Shown: positions 24,043 through 37,616, counted from the first letter of the whole stretch. The stretch is 47,830 nt of DNA, filler included, from Catajapyx aquilonaris (GCA_000934665.2; 2 parts of 2 records of this genome joined end to end with filler, not necessarily neighbours in it); one strand, 5' to 3'. A program made the numbers and translations. The notes: generated by a model from the sequence alone, not told the origin.

Positions 24043-24171
24043 TAGGGCGGCAGATTTCAAGAGGCGGCAAAATTTAGGAGAAAAATAATTGCATGACTAA
24101 ATTTTGCCGCCCCCTTGAAATCTGCCGCCCTAGGCAACTGCCTAGGTTGCCTTGCCGTAAATCCGGCGCTG
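24043..24171. repeat. Short hairpin/MITE fragment
   Basis: TAGGGCGGCAGATTTCAAG..GGCGGCAAAATTT is inverted at 24099-24132. Confidence 0.55.
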
Positions 24172-25600
24172 CTCGCAGGGTTGCCAGATCTAATGGGCTC
24201 TCTAAGTAAACTATGTGAATAGGGAGCTTGCATTCGGTGACGAAGACGTGAAACTCGGTACAATATAGTTCTTTGCACACTTCCGAACATATCTGGACCT
24301 GGGGACACGATGACCCACCCCGGTGGAGGGCACTATCATGGTGTTGCCAAATCTAACAGACTGTGCAACATGCGTTTATATTTTGATAGGGAGCTTGCAT
24401 TTGGTGACAAAGACGTGAAACTTGGTAGAATTGTTCTTTGGACACGTCCGAACATATCTGGACGTGTAGCCACGATGACCCACCCCGAGGGAGGGCACTA
24501 TCGCAGGGTTGCCATATCTAACAGAATGTGCAACACGTGTTTATTTTTGAATAATGAGCTTGCATTCGGTGACAAAGCCATAAAACTTGGTACGTTAGTT
24601 CTTTGGACACTTCCGAACATATCTGGACGTGGGGCCACGATGACCCACCCCGAGGGAGGGCACTATCGCGGCGTTTCCGTATATAGTCGGGGCAACCTAG
24701 GAATACTCCATATGAATAGGGAGCTTGCAATCGGTGACAAAGCCATAAAACTTGGTACGTTAGTTCTTTGGACACTTCCGAACATATCTGGACGTGGAGC
24801 CACGATGACCCACCGAATGCACGCTCATTATTTAAATATAAACACATGTTGCACATTCTGTTAGATGTGGCAACCCTGCGATAGTGCCCTCCCTCGGGGT
24901 GGGTCATCGTGGCTCCAAGTCCAGATATGTTAGGAAGTGTCCAAAGAACTAACGTAACAAGTTTTATGGCTTTGTCACCAAATGCAAGCTCCCTATCAAA
25001 ATATAAACGCATGTTGCACAGTCTGTTAGATTTGGCAACACCATGATAGTGCCCTCCAGCGGGGTGGGTCATCGTGTCCCCAGGTCCAGATATGTTCGGA
25101 AGTGTGCAAAGAACTATATTGTACCGAGTTTCACGTCTTCGTCACCGAATGCAAGCTCCCTATTCACATAGTTTACTTAGAGAGCCCATTAGATCTGGTA
25201 ACCCTGCGAGTGACCCCCAGCGGGGTCATCCATAGTGGCCTCACTTCCAGGCATGTTCAGTAGTGTCCAAAGACCAATTGGGGCGAGTTTCATGTCTTAG
25301 CAGTGTTTTATCACCGAATGCAAGGGCCTTATTCATGTAAAGGTGTGCAACACATGTTCGATTTGGCAACTCCGAGATAGTGACCCCTGGCGAGGCCACC
25401 AGAGGTCACCCACCGTGACCCCACGTCCAGATATGTTGAGATGTGTTCGAAGAACTACCGTACCGCGTTTCACGTTTTTATCGCCGAATGCAAGCCCCCA
25501 ATTTACACGATCCTCGCAGAGATGTATGTTTAGTCCGTTAGATCTGGCAACCCTGCAAGTGACCCACAGCGGGGTCAGTCATCATGACCCCACATCCAGA
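24172..25600. repeat. ~165-168 bp tandem repeat array with an orientation switch at ~24812
   Basis: Anchor GAGCTTGCATTCGGTGAC at ~24224, 24391, 24557, 24721 on +, and its reverse complement at ~24981, 25148, 25317, 25487. Confidence 0.9.
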
Positions 25601-25932
25601 CAGGCTTTATATCTCGAGAACCTTTTGTCACAAAATTATGAATATTTTTTTGTAGGGTCCCAGGGCCTATTTTGTAAAGCTCAGGTCTCCAGCGTTTTCC
25701 CGAGCTGAGCTGGAAGGAGGTCAAATGTAGTATACGAAGGGGGTATAGTAAAAGGCCCACAGCAGTGTATGTTTAATTTGGTTGCCTGGTTACATGACAA
25801 GTGGCAGTAGGTGATGTGTCGAAATGTAGACTGTGTGTGTGGTGTGGAGTGATGTGGAGTGATGACTTGGCGGGGTGCACTGCCGTGCACCTTGATCTAC
25901 CTAGGTATGAAGGACATAATTATGTTATAACT

Positions 25933-26695
25933 TACTCAATGTAATTTTTTTCTCGATGTAATCTCAATGCACCTGGGACATTTTTGTATGAAAGTGATCC
26001 GATCCCACTTGAAAAAAATTTCAGAAGTTTGGTCTGCAATCTACTGGTCCACCGCCATTATCAATTCATTATCAGCTCCAAAATGACGTCCCCGAAGTTC
26101 TTTTTTAGGTGAGAAAGCCACTCTGGGCCAGGGCCAGAATGTAGGGTGGATCCTAGACAGGGTGGATAATTCATCACTTGGAAACCCCAGTTTCTGATGG
26201 CATCTTGAACAACGCGGCAGATGTGTACTGGGGAATATATTGTCGTCGATCAGACACACACCTCTGATCATCTTCCCGTGTCGTTTTGAAGCAATGGCTT
26301 CTGTCAGTTGCTTTAGTAGGTCAGCGTAGATACTGCCGGTGATTTTTTGTCTTATGGGGCATGTTATCTACCAATAAAACACCTTCAGAGTCCCAAAGTA
26401 TGTGGTCATGATCTTGCCCCACGAAGGTTGCTTATGGCACTTCTTGGGTGGTAAGGAATTCGCGTGCTTCCATTGCATGGACTCCATATGTGTTTCAGGA
26501 TCCCAGGTTTCGTCTCCGGTCACTATCTGGGGCAAAAATATGTCAACAACTACTTCATACGTGTCCAAGTTCTCTTGAGAGCATGCGACGCGAACAGACA
26601 TCTGGAGTGGCGAGAGCAACCTGGGTACCCATCGAGTACAAACCTTCCACATCTCCAAATGATTGTGCAGGATGGTTATAACACTCGATTTGCCC
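25933..26695 (-). pseudogene. Degenerate mariner (DD34D) transposase
   Basis: WVPRLL, IVTGDETW, SMQWKH, IDDN (cf. LHDNA), KKELRGRHF; multiple frameshifts and stops. Confidence 0.85.
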
Positions 26696-27487
26696 AGTAA
26701 TTAAAAATAAGTAATAAGTAATAAAGGAAGACTCTAGTGTAGGTGAACGTCTGGAGTGCCAACTTTGACCCTGGCATTACGTCTGATTCCTCTGGGATGC
26801 TGACCTTTTGGCTAGCAGACATCCTGGGCATGTGAAATACTGGAATCCTCCCCTCCCCCCTCCCCCCCGCGCCCCCCGCCCCCCGCTGTGCCAGCAACGT
26901 GGGCCACCCGTGGTAGCCCCTCTGCCTATTGTCACCATCCACTTGAGCAGCGCGCCCTTTGGCCTCCAGCGCCGCCAGGCGGAAGAAACGTTAACTTCAC
27001 TGCTGTCGACAGAAAGTGAGAAAGGATACCGGCATACCTGCAGCCCGCTACTCCAGGGGCCGCTTCGGCGCTTCCTTAGTTCCTTCGAGGGGCACACCTG
27101 TGTCCTGTCTTGCAGGCTTTGCAGCAAACAAGGCTTACAGTATGCAGTTGCAGCGATGTTGGGTGGGTGTAGCGCGTGTAGGACTGTAAGTGTACTGTAG
27201 CGGTTAACATCTTTTCGTTTGTTTGGTCCAGAGCGGTCCAGAGCACCCAGGGCTCATGACTGCTGTCCGACTGTCCACGAGGCACGAGCACACGGTGCAC
27301 CGCGTCTGACGGAGAGCCCAATGGTGAGTAGACAAAAATAGTGGTCCACACGTGGGCGTAATGTGGTTGGGGCGTCACAATAATGGGCGACAATGGTCAT
27401 CAGCTTCATTTCGCACTTGTGGATAACTGTCTCTGCCCATACATCCAGGCTACTCCAGAGGATGAGGAGTTAATAATAATAATAGGG

Positions 27488-27813
27488 GAGGCGAAGTGGC
27501 GCTGCGGTATGTTAAGGTCCCGGGTTCGATCCCAACCCGGGGTTCCCCCCTTCATCTCGCGCAGAGTGAGACCGTCTCTGGCTTCGTTTCGGGTGGCGAT
27601 CCTTTCACATATGCCACCCGGGGGAGTTCACAAAACGGCACATCAACGACATTGCACACGCACTTTGCACATCCCCTCCTACCTACCCTTGGAACACACT
27701 AAATACTATCTTAGTATACCGGTTCCACCCAAATGGTGGTATTCCACCCCCCTAAAGGAAATGTAACTCCCAATGGGGTAATGCAAAAAATAAAATAAAA
27801 AAAACATAAAAAA
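27488..27813 (+). mobile_element. tRNA-derived SINE, family A
   Basis: B-box GGTTCGATCCC, body shared with the 28532 and 27830 copies, A-rich tail, flanking AATAATAATAATAGGG duplication. Confidence 0.8.
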
Positions 27814-27829
27814 AATAATAATAATAGGG

Positions 27830-28095
27830 TTTAGTGCACTGCCCACAGGGGGCATCTGGCATGGTACCTTTATTCTTGCATAAGTTGTACAAGCTTAAAT
27901 ACATTTTGGACATTTGTCGTAACACCCAGGTACTGTGAGCGAAGGGGGATGAGTAGGAGGGGATGTGCAAAGTGCAGTGCAATGTCTCCTGTATGGTCGT
28001 TTCGTGAACTCCCCGGGTGGTTTATTTAGACTATTGGAAATACCGCCCAAGACGAAGCCAGAGACAGCCCAACTCTGCACGAGATGAAGGGGGTG
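27830..28095 (-). mobile_element. SINE family A, 5'-truncated copy
   Basis: Reverse complement of the CCCCCTTCATCTCGTGCAGAG...TCTCTGGCTTCGT...GAGACATTGCAC body. Confidence 0.7.
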
Positions 28096-28531
28096 GGGTA
28101 AACTTGATAATTACCGAAGTATTCACACTCCAACTAAAATAATTCTGCATCATATACGCATATTATTATACTGTAGTTATTAGGATCAATGCAGCCTTCG
28201 AGTTTAGACACTTGCAAAGACGTCATTTTTTATCATTTCTTTTGCATCTGTTTCAAATATGTTGTCCCATATTTTCTAGAACCCACAGTTTTTAAGTAAT
28301 CGGCATTTTTTAAAGTGTCAAAGGACTTCCCCTGATATACTAGAAATTTTTTTAAATGCTGCTCAAGCTCACACAAGCTACAATATTTGCGCATGTGCAT
28401 TTTAACACCTTAAAATTGCGGATTGGAACTTGGTCAGATAGTAACTTTTTAAGGATGAGTTTTTTGGCAGTTTTTATATGTTTTCCATTCAAGTCAACCC
28501 TCCCGCCTCAACCTGTGAATAGCAAAGAGGC

Positions 28532-28874
28532 AGGGGAGGTGGAGTGGCACTGCTGTAACGTATGCGCCCACGGATGGAAGGGTCCTGGGTTCGATCCCAG
28601 CCCGTGGTCTCCCCCCTTCATCTCGTGCAGAGTTGGGTCTTCTCTGGCTTCATCTCGGGTGGAATCTCCGCTAGACTAATCCACCTGGGGGAGTTCCCAA
28701 CATGTAGCCTACCGTTTGAGACAATGCATTTGCACTTGGCACATCCCCTCCCAGTCACCCTGCCCGTGGCCCATGGCGTTAAGCAACTAGGTCCCAATGT
28801 ACATACATTGTACTCAGGTTCCCCGGAAGACCCCGTAAGGGGTAGCAAGGGGTAAACATATATAATTTTAAAAA
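28532..28874 (+). mobile_element. tRNA-derived SINE, family A
   Basis: Head GGGGAGGTGGAGTGGC, B-box GGTTCGATCCC, imperfect TSD GAATAGC(A/G)AAGA(G/A)GC. Confidence 0.8.
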
Positions 28875-29216
28875 AGAATAGCGAAGAAGCTGTAGCCTAT
28901 AGACATGCCAGATGAACTGGCTGTACAAGGTGTTTAACTTTTCAAGAATGATCCAGTTGCTTTGTGTGACCTCAAAAGGTCATTTTCAACATATAAGGTT
29001 GTACTGTCACACAGGCATCGCCGACAAATAACATGTGACTGAAAATAAATTAGGACCTGCTTGATTTTTAGTGCCTATTTAAGAGCCTATTTTAACTGTT
29101 TTCAGGACCTAAATGCCTGCCTATTTGAGGGTTTTTTAGAACCTAGAAATCAATTCTTTGCTCATTAGCATAAGTTGTGTGATTAAAACTTGATTCATTC
29201 TCAAGTAATTCGTATT

Positions 29217-30770
29217 TGTAACATCGACATGCAGATGATTTTCGTGCTAGGCGAACTTCATTGGTGTTGGGCAAGTACGATAACCTCTCACGTGAGCGTG
29301 TCATCAACTATACTATGAGTGGGTGTTACTCGTGCCCAAATCGTGGTAGGTGAAGGCCTCTGACATGTTTTGCTCGAGAACCTTAGTGTATGCTTCCTGC
29401 AATCCTCCATCTGTGACGGAACTTCTGGTTCGGTCCGGACTCTCCCGAGTGGGCGGACGGCAGGAGTCGCTCTTCTTGGTTGCTCAGTAATTTTCCCCAA
29501 GATATTAAGATTTTGACTTACATGATGCTGGTTTATTGTCGCTGACTCCACTCTTACAATCCTCCTCTCCTTCTCTCACTCACCCCCAACTTCACCCTCC
29601 ACTCTCACTCACCCAACAATCACTCCTCTCAAACCATAGCAACTTTCTTTACAATCAACCACCATTGCTGCCAACATATTTAGTACATCACATTCGTCCC
29701 CCCTTTAAAATAAGAGAGGTGTTCCTTTAACACGGAACACCTCGCCTTATCAAAGACAAGTCCCTATCGCATCCTCATCATCAACTAATCATCTCTTAAC
29801 ATCGTCTCTCAACCTCCTCATCATCCATTATTGAACTAGCTGCCTTCTGCATGGTAGGCGCGTTCTCTTTTTTATGCTCTCATCTTTCTTATTCCTCTAC
29901 TATCAAGTCGAACAAGAAACCTTCTGAAGGATAGGTCTGTTCTCTGTTCTGATTTCCCCAACATTTAACTCCAATACTCAAATCACAATAACTCAATAAC
30001 AACAACTTCTTCCGACGTCTTCTTCTTGGCCATCAGTTGTACATCATCTGTTCATGGTCCCGCATCTTCTCGTCAGTGGTGGAACCACTCAATGGTAATG
30101 TCGTCTGCTTCCTTCCTTCATGTTCTCGTCAGTGGTGGAACCACTCAATGGTAATGTCGTCTGCTTCCTTCCTTCATCTTCTTGTCAGTGGTGGAACCAC
30201 TCAATGGTAATGTCGTCTGCTTCCTTCCTTCATCTTCTCGTCAGTGGTGGACCCGCTTTGGTGTTGGCATCACCCAGGGTGTGTCTGGCACCTGGCACTG
30301 ACTCCTTAATGGGTATCTGCTATTTGTTTCATGACTGGTGTCCGGCTCAGGACTGATGTCCGGCTGTCTCTCATCCTGCTGAATCCCGCCGTAGAGCCAT
30401 GTCCAAGGGAAGTCAGGTACCGATTGGGGGGTCGTCTTATGTCCTTTAGTAGTCGGGATGTCCTCTTCTCCCATCAGTGTCGTCTCTTCTTCGCAATGGG
30501 CCTCGACAGATAAACCCTTGATCCCAGGAAATGGTTCCCTTGGGTGGAAAAGCCGCAGTCTGTCGATGTGTACCAGTTGGGTTTTTGAGTGGTGGACGTC
30601 TTGAATGACGAAGTTAACCTCACTCGTTTGTGCCTTGACACGGAATGGCCCCATCCAAGGAGATCTTAATTTTGGGCTAAGTCCTGACGGGCATTGGGGG
30701 TTGTGGAGTAGCACTAGATCTCCTTCCCCAATTTGTCTGTCTATTGCCTTCTTATCATGGTATAGTGTAG
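29217..30770 (-). mobile_element. 3' remnant of a Ty3/gypsy LTR retrotransposon (integrase C-terminus, PPT, 3' LTR 29692-29217)
   Basis: GDLVLLHNP...PKLRSPWMGPFRV...VHIDRLR (GPY/F module). Polypurine tract AAAGGGGGGACGAA directly before TGTGATG; LTR ends in ...GTTACA and contains AATAAA. Confidence 0.8.
30063..30251. repeat. ~56-bp tandem repeat (3.3 copies) inside the gypsy remnant
   Basis: CATCTTCTCGTCAGTGGTGGAACCACTCAATGGTAATGTCGTCTGCTTCCTTCCTT repeated. Confidence 0.9.
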
Positions 30771-30806
30771 AGCATAAGTTATGTGTACTGTCAAAAAAGA
30801 ACTGAA

Positions 30807-31580
30807 ATTAGATCAAAAACCTTCTCTTCAGTAAAAAAAAGAGAAGTACGACCTCCGCGGCGGAATAAAAGTACTGAAACAAGGCAGGCGCACGTAAGAC
30901 CTTCACCAATTGATTTAAGCTGTACCATAGGTCTTACTCAAGCAATTCTCAAGTACGGTATGGAACGCCTCGTAAAATGACTGCTGCAAACTACTCAGAG
31001 CAGTAGGTAGGATTTTATTATGAAAAGAAAAAAAATGGGGGAAAAACTAAACCCATCCTAACAGACTTGGTCCAATCGAAAAAGACCCTCTAAAATTCAC
31101 CAATTAACGTTTATATGTGAAAAATTAAACGTTATAGATAAAATCAGCATCTAAAAGATGTGCCGATTCTGCATGAATGTTTCATGGCAATAATTCACAC
31201 TAATCGCAAAGAAAATTCAATGTGCTTAATATTGAAGTTCCTAATTTCATAAAACACTAATATGAAGTGGCTCATGGAAAATTAATGGGTGGAATTTTTG
31301 TCGTACTACTATTACTATTAACTATAGGTCTGTAGTTACTGCCTACTTAGCAGTACCATTGCACTACACTGGTACTGCTAAGTTAGAAGTAACTAGTAGT
31401 ACGACAGAAATTCCACAAATTTGTTTTCAGAAAGGAGATTTCATGATGAGTAAGACCTATGGTACAGCTTAAATCAATTGGTGAAGGTCTTACGTGCGCC
31501 TGCCTTGTTTCAGTACTTTTATTCCGCCCCGGATGTCTTACTTCTCTTGTTTTTACTGAAGGGAAGGTTTTTGATCTAAT
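30807..31580. mobile_element. Unclassified non-autonomous element with ~135-bp inverted repeats
   Basis: 30807-30940 is the reverse complement of 31447-31580; no clear TSD. Confidence 0.7.
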
Positions 31581-31863
31581 CAAAAGTAGGATGCTATATT
31601 TTATTTTTATTTTATATTTTATTTACCCCATGGTAGAGCACTGCTCTGTTGGGGGGACACCATCACCACCCTATACAAGAGAAAATTCTATGCGTTTAGC
31701 GACGTTGAGAAAAAAATTATGGACACTATAAAGCAAGTTTGGGTCTGGTTGACAGAAGACATAAATTAGTTTATCAGGTGGAACCCTAGGCAATAATGAC
31801 AGAAATTGACTTCAGGCATGAGGAAATAAGGGCATACAAACATATAATGAAAAAGATCCATAT

Positions 31864-33143
31864 GAGGCGCCTAGAACAAAAGTGGCCGAAGTCCAAAAAT
31901 GCAATTTTCGAGATAGGACTGCCATCACATTCGGAGAACTACTCCAAGTTTGTAAAAAAAAATTGTATAAATCCTAAGTTGGATATTTGGGCAGTAAATG
32001 ACATAATGTCATTTATGCTCCAAGGAGAGTTGCCTACCCCTTGGAACAATCCTGGTGTAAGTCCCATACCAGCTGTTAAAGATGGCCGACGAAGGTCTAA
32101 GCGATATTTATGGCGGCATCTCTACAGACAAAATATTGTTGTGTATGACAAAAAATAATAAGTGTGTGGCTGTCAGTTTTGCCATGTTTAAAATTATTTT
32201 TAATTTGTGAATTTTTAATTTTTGCTGAAAATTTCCTTATCTTAAATTTTTTATTGAAATTAATTGTTATAGTCGGATTCAAAGCTTGACGGAGTGCCTG
32301 GGTTTTTCCCAACCACCCAAATCCTCCTGTCCCAACCCCACCACCTCAAAATGAGCCCCATTCCTACCACACCTAATACGCAAAAGGGTTCCTATGGGTC
32401 AGGCCAGAAGCCGGTATTGCCTAGTACAGACGCCGATACACGACCAGTGCTGTGTCTTAGTTGTTAATTATTGTAAATTATATATCTTACAGGAGACGTA
32501 CGGCACCATTGCATTTTAATCTCTTTCTTGAGAACCCTTTTGCGGATTAGGCTCGGAAGAAATTGGAAGAAATGGTCACATTTTGGAGGTGGTGGGGTAG
32601 GGGCTGGAGGATTTGGGTGGTTGGGGAAAACCCAGGAACTCCGTCAAGCTTTGAAGCCAACTATACTAAAATAATTTTTGATAAAAAATTGAGGAATGAT
32701 CAAAGGAAATTTTATAAATACAGTTGAATCCGGATATAACAGCCTCGGCTATAACAGACTTTCGGTTATAACAGACTCGAAAGGCCGGTTCCGGCATACT
32801 TCTATCATAGATGGTTTTTGTAATCGGATATAAGAGACCTTGGTTATAACAAGACTCTGTTATATCCGGATTCAACTCTATTACACCCAGTCAAAAATGG
32901 TGTAAGTCCATGCGATTTGTAAGATTGATATGGTGTAAGTCACATATGATTTTTTATCAATAAATCAAATTTTTTGTGGCAGTAGTAATACATCTAAGAA
33001 AGATTGCCTGTAATGATTGCCAAGCTGACATATTATGGATCCAGCCATATGATTTCCCTTTTTTCTAGGACCTTCCAAACTTGCAGGTGAATTATCCCAA
33101 CTTGAGTTTTTTGGACTTGGGCCACTTTTGTTCTAGGCGCCTC
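31864..33143. mobile_element. Non-autonomous DNA transposon, Sola-like
   Basis: TIR GAGGCGCCTAGAACAAAAGTGGCC, 4-bp TSD ATAT, internal inverted repeats at 32270-32350 / 32580-32665. Confidence 0.75.
32721..32878. mobile_element. pogo/Tigger-type MITE nested in the Sola-like element
   Basis: TIR CAGTTGAATCCGGATATAACAG, TA TSD, repeated TATAACAG sub-terminal motifs. Confidence 0.85.
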
Positions 33144-33308
33144 ATATTAAGGTCCAGGTTGCACCATTCACATTTTGAATCGAGAAATTCAATTTTAACT
33201 CCTTTTAGCTAGAGATATTTTGGACCATTTCGCAAGCATATCCAGGTGCGCAGTGTAATCAGCGGTAAATTAAAAGACCAGTGCAGTTTCATTCCTTGGG
33301 CACTCTTA

Positions 33309-33559
33309 AGGCCGCTACACAAATTCGGCGGAAGGCTGAGCGGGCGGCAAGAGTGCGTTTGGGGGCATGGTTTGGGGCGCGGAACTGAGCGGTGGCAATC
33401 GCACAAGTCCATCCAGGTGGACTTGAGCGGTTCCCAACGCACCAGTTTCCGCCCGCAGCGCCACCGCTTTGAATTTGTGAATTGCCACCACTCCCATTCC
33501 GCGCCCCAATCGCACGTTTTCCGCCCGCTCAGCTTTCCGCCGAATTCGTGTAGAGGCCT
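33309..33559. mobile_element. PIF/Harbinger-type MITE
   Basis: TIR AGGCC(G/T)CTACAC(A/G)AATTCGGCGGAA; TTA TSD at 33306-33308 and 33560-33562. Confidence 0.85.
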
Positions 33560-33720
33560 TTAATCTCACTGTAATTAGCCGAGAGTTTCCAAGTGAAGTC
33601 TGATCGACATTCAGATAGTAGCTTTCTAACTTATTTTGAAGTTGTCTCATCATGGCCCCGGCCAAATCACATGCCTCAATATTAACTTCTGGCATTCTCA
33701 TCATAAACAGGTCATACCAG

Positions 33721-34009
33721 GGCGGCATGGTGGTCTAACGGTTACTCAGCTGGCCAGCCAAGCGGGGAGGCCGGGGTTCAAATCCCGTCTCCGTCACCTC
33801 TCCTTGGCCAGGTCTTTTTCCGCTTTTCACTCGACATGCTGAGGCAGAATTGCACTCCCTACTCTGCCCGGGGCCAGCAGAAAAGGTCTGGTGTATTTCA
33901 CAGTCAGAAATGACTAAAAATTACAGCGCCCTCCCTTGGGAACCTCCCCTTCCCCCCTAAGAGGGCCATGAGCTCTATCACGGGGTAAAAAAATAAATAA
34001 TGATATATA
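33721..34009 (+). mobile_element. tRNA-derived SINE, family D, full length
   Basis: A-box TGGTCTAACGG, B-box GGTTCAAATCCC, A-rich tail, 18-bp TSD ATAAACAG(G/T)TCATACCAG. Confidence 0.85.
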
Positions 34010-35690
34010 ATAAACAGTTCATACCAGTTACGAGAAGGATATTGACAGGAGGGCCTTGCTGCCTTGGCATAGTTATGTGCAGCTTGCAACAATGAATTTT
34101 CTTTCCTGCCTCCAGCTTACGATAATATTTTATCGCTTGTCTAATTAGAGTCAAAGAAAGTTGTGTAGTGCCAGTTTCAAGCCTGACAAAGAACCTCTGC
34201 CTGTTTGGGAAGTCCTGAGAATTTTTTCAAATAATAGTTTTGTACCCTTTCTCGCTCGTCAATATACTGAAGCCCCCATATGGGAAACCCATACTGGACT
34301 ATTGGTATTACGTGACTTGAAAAAAGTTTCTAAGCCACATTCATATCCCTGACCCGCAATTTCATTAGAGTTGGCCCTTGTCCGTAATGCATTTACGGCC
34401 GCTATTGCCTTACACTTGGTTAGCTCGGCCATTGTATTACATTTACCAGAGGAAGAAACATCACCCCCAGGTCATTCCCCAGGTATTTATAAGATGCTTG
34501 TATTTCTACCGGATTTTTATTAATGAAAAATTTTAAGTCCTGCGAAAGTCGTCCGGCTTTCCTAAAGACCACTGCCTTTGTCTTCGCGATATTCAGTTCC
34601 AGTTCTTTTTCTGATAAATAGGTGACCACTAGGTCAAGCATTCTTTGCAAATATAGAGGTTGTCTGGCCATCAAAGCAATACTATCCGCATACGCAAGCA
34701 TATGTATGTCATTCTCATTCGGCCCAAAATTCACCCCGGGAATTCCGGAGACCTCCAGGCTCCTGGTTAAGTCAGCCACGTAAATACTGTATTAAAAAGT
34801 ATGGGTGATAATACTTCACCTTGCAGCACTCCCCTTCCCACTGACAATCCATTTTCAAAAGCCCCTGCATGTGCCACAATGCGGAAGTTTTGGTATATGT
34901 TACCCAATAAGGTAACCATTTTTGAGCTAATACCAATTTCTGAAAGAGTTTTCCATAAAATATCATGGCTGACCAAATCAAACGCCTTGGAAAGGTCCAG
35001 AAATATCGCATACAGCTTACCCTTAGGTGGATTGACATATTTCTGTATTAATGAATTCAAGGTGTAGATGTGGTCCATACAACCTCTTTTTGGTCTGAAA
35101 GCAGCTTGTGTATCGGAGAAGATCTGACAGCTATCACACCACCTGAGTAACCGTTTCGCCAAAATTGAAGTGAATAATTTCAGTATAGTATTGTTCACCA
35201 GTGAAATGGGCCTGTAGTTTGCAGGGTTACCTCGATCTTCATTTTTAAATATAGGAACCATAGTTGATTGGGGCCCATATACTAGGAATTTCCGCTCTAC
35301 GTAAACAGCGATTGAACAGATCCAGTAAAGGCATTACCACTTCCGGCGTATTCAACTTCACGTAGGCATTTGTGATAAGATCTGGCCCTGCCGATGTGTG
35401 GGACTTCAAGTTAGCTACGGCTTGCTGCAGCTCAGTCAGTGTGATAGTATTGTCTGACAATGACACAGTTCTGAAAGGCCGGTCCAGAATTCTTCGATTG
35501 GCTTTATATCCACCATACATTGAACACAGCCAGGTAGTTCCACCAAACCTCCTGATCTAATTTAACTGGCTTTTTGGTGCTCCTGTGCGCGTTGACAGTG
35601 CCCAGAATACTTTTGATGATGACTATTTAAGAAGAGCCTGCACTGTGACCGCGAAATATTTTCTTTTCATGGCGAGCTTTTGATTCCTAT

Positions 35691-37616
35691 GGGTCATTCC
35701 ATGTCAGTTGGGCCCCCTTTGTACCCTTGATGTGGCGGATTTGAATGATATTCACAGGTTATGGTGACCTAGCGCTGCTAAAACATTGTACCAAAGCGTT
35801 TTGAATTTTTTTGATTTTTACCCTTTTTTGGGGGGTGGTAATTTTGAGCCTTTTCTTTGAGAGCCATTTTTCTTTTGGCTGTTTCTCCGCAACTAATCGT
35901 GAGACAGATGTGCTTTTGATATCAATTTACTCAGAAAGGTTGATATAATCGTAATCTATGGTTAATTTTTAAATTTTAAATTTTTGCGTTAAAAATATTG
36001 AAATTGCAAATTTTAAACATTTAATTTTTAAAATTATTGCCCTTTATTTTTCTCTGGTTTTCACGTATGTTGTAGCCCTACATGTGAACTACATGTGGCC
36101 ATATCAGTCCTGTTGGCTAGTGTAATACTACGGAAGATTGGGCCTCGTAAGTGAGACCCCCTCCATATATGTCGTCATTATGATGGGTACACCCAACATG
36201 CAAATCGCCCCACCTTGCTCAGTGCAAATGTTGATATTCAAGTTGGGATGATCACTGGTGAGAGTACGACACATGTAAGACTCCTTTGGTAGCCCACACC
36301 CCCCTCCCCAAGCAAACCCATGCCTTCCCACCCCACAATAAACACAAATTGATTTGTCAGTTCGGCCCCGTTTGGACCCTTCATGTGGCGGATTTTTATG
36401 ATTTTCTGGGTTTTCGATGACACTGCGATGCTAAAACATGGTACCAAAGCGTTTTGAAAAATATTGATTTTTGCCGATTTTTGGGGAGTGATAATTTCGT
36501 GGTCTACATGTGGTCTACATGTGTGCACAATATAAGACTAGCCAACACGACTGTTGTGCACACATGTAGACCACATATAGGGCTACAACACAACTCAAAA
36601 CCAGCGAAAAATAAAGGGGTATAATTTAAAATTTATTTAATGTTTCGATTTTAAAATTTAAACATTTTTAACAAACAAAATTTAAATTTCACATTTTACC
36701 ATGGCATACGCTTCTAACAGTATTTCTGAGTACAATGACACCAAATTAACTTCTGTATCTTTGATTAGTTCCAGAGAAAAAGCCAAAAGAAGAAGAAGAG
36801 TCTGTAAGGAAATTAAAATTATCACTCCCCCAAAAATCGGCAAAAATCAATATTTTTCAAAACGCTTTGGTACCATGTTTTAGCATCGCTGTGTCATCGA
36901 AAACCCAGAAAATCATAAAAATCCGCCACATGAAGGGTCCAAACGGGGCCGAACTGACAAATCAATTTGTGTTTATTGTTGGGTGGGAAGGCATGGGTTT
37001 GCTTGGGGAGGGGGGTGTGGGCTACCAAAGGAGTCTTACATGTGTCGTACTCTCACCAGTGATCATCCCAACTTGAATATCAACATTTGCACTGAGCAAG
37101 GTGGGGCGATTTGCACGTTGGGTGTACCCATCATAATGACGACATGTATGGAGGGGGTCTCACTTACGAGGCCCAATCTTCCGTAGTATTACACTAGCCA
37201 ACAGGACTGATATGGCCACATGTAGTTCACATGTAGGGCTACAACATACGTGAAAACCAGAGAAAAATAAAGGGCAATAATTTTAAAAATTAAATGTTTA
37301 AAATTTGCAATTTCAACATTTTTAACGCAAAAACTTAAAATTTAAAAATTAACGATGGAATACGATTATATCAACCTTTCTGAGTAAATTGATATCAAAA
37401 GCACATCTGTCTCACGATTAGTTGTGGAGAAACGGCCAAAAGAAAAGTGGCTCTCAAAGAAAAGGCTCAAAATTACCACCCCCCAAAATAAGGGTAAAAA
37501 TCAAAAAAATTCAAAACGCTTTGGTACAATGTTTTAGCAGCGCTAGGTCACCATAATATCATTCAAATCTGCCACATCAAGGGTACAAAGGGGGCCCAAC
37601 TGACATGGAATGACCC
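35691..37616. mobile_element. Foldback-type non-autonomous DNA transposon (Sola2-like) with ~800-bp TIRs
   Basis: 35691-36497 is a near-perfect reverse complement of 36816-37616. Termini GGGTCATTCC; 4-bp TSD CTAT. Confidence 0.88.

Noticed and set aside
24310..25072. Two 184-aa ORFs with 55-aa repeats on opposite strands
   Set aside because: By-products of the 165-bp units and the inversion; neighbouring units of 167-168 bp break the frame.
26700..27470. GC-rich stretch with several overlapping ORFs
   Set aside because: No recognisable motif or splice chain; left unassigned.
36128..37186. Identical ORF pairs on opposite strands
   Set aside because: They mirror the foldback arms; no coding evidence.
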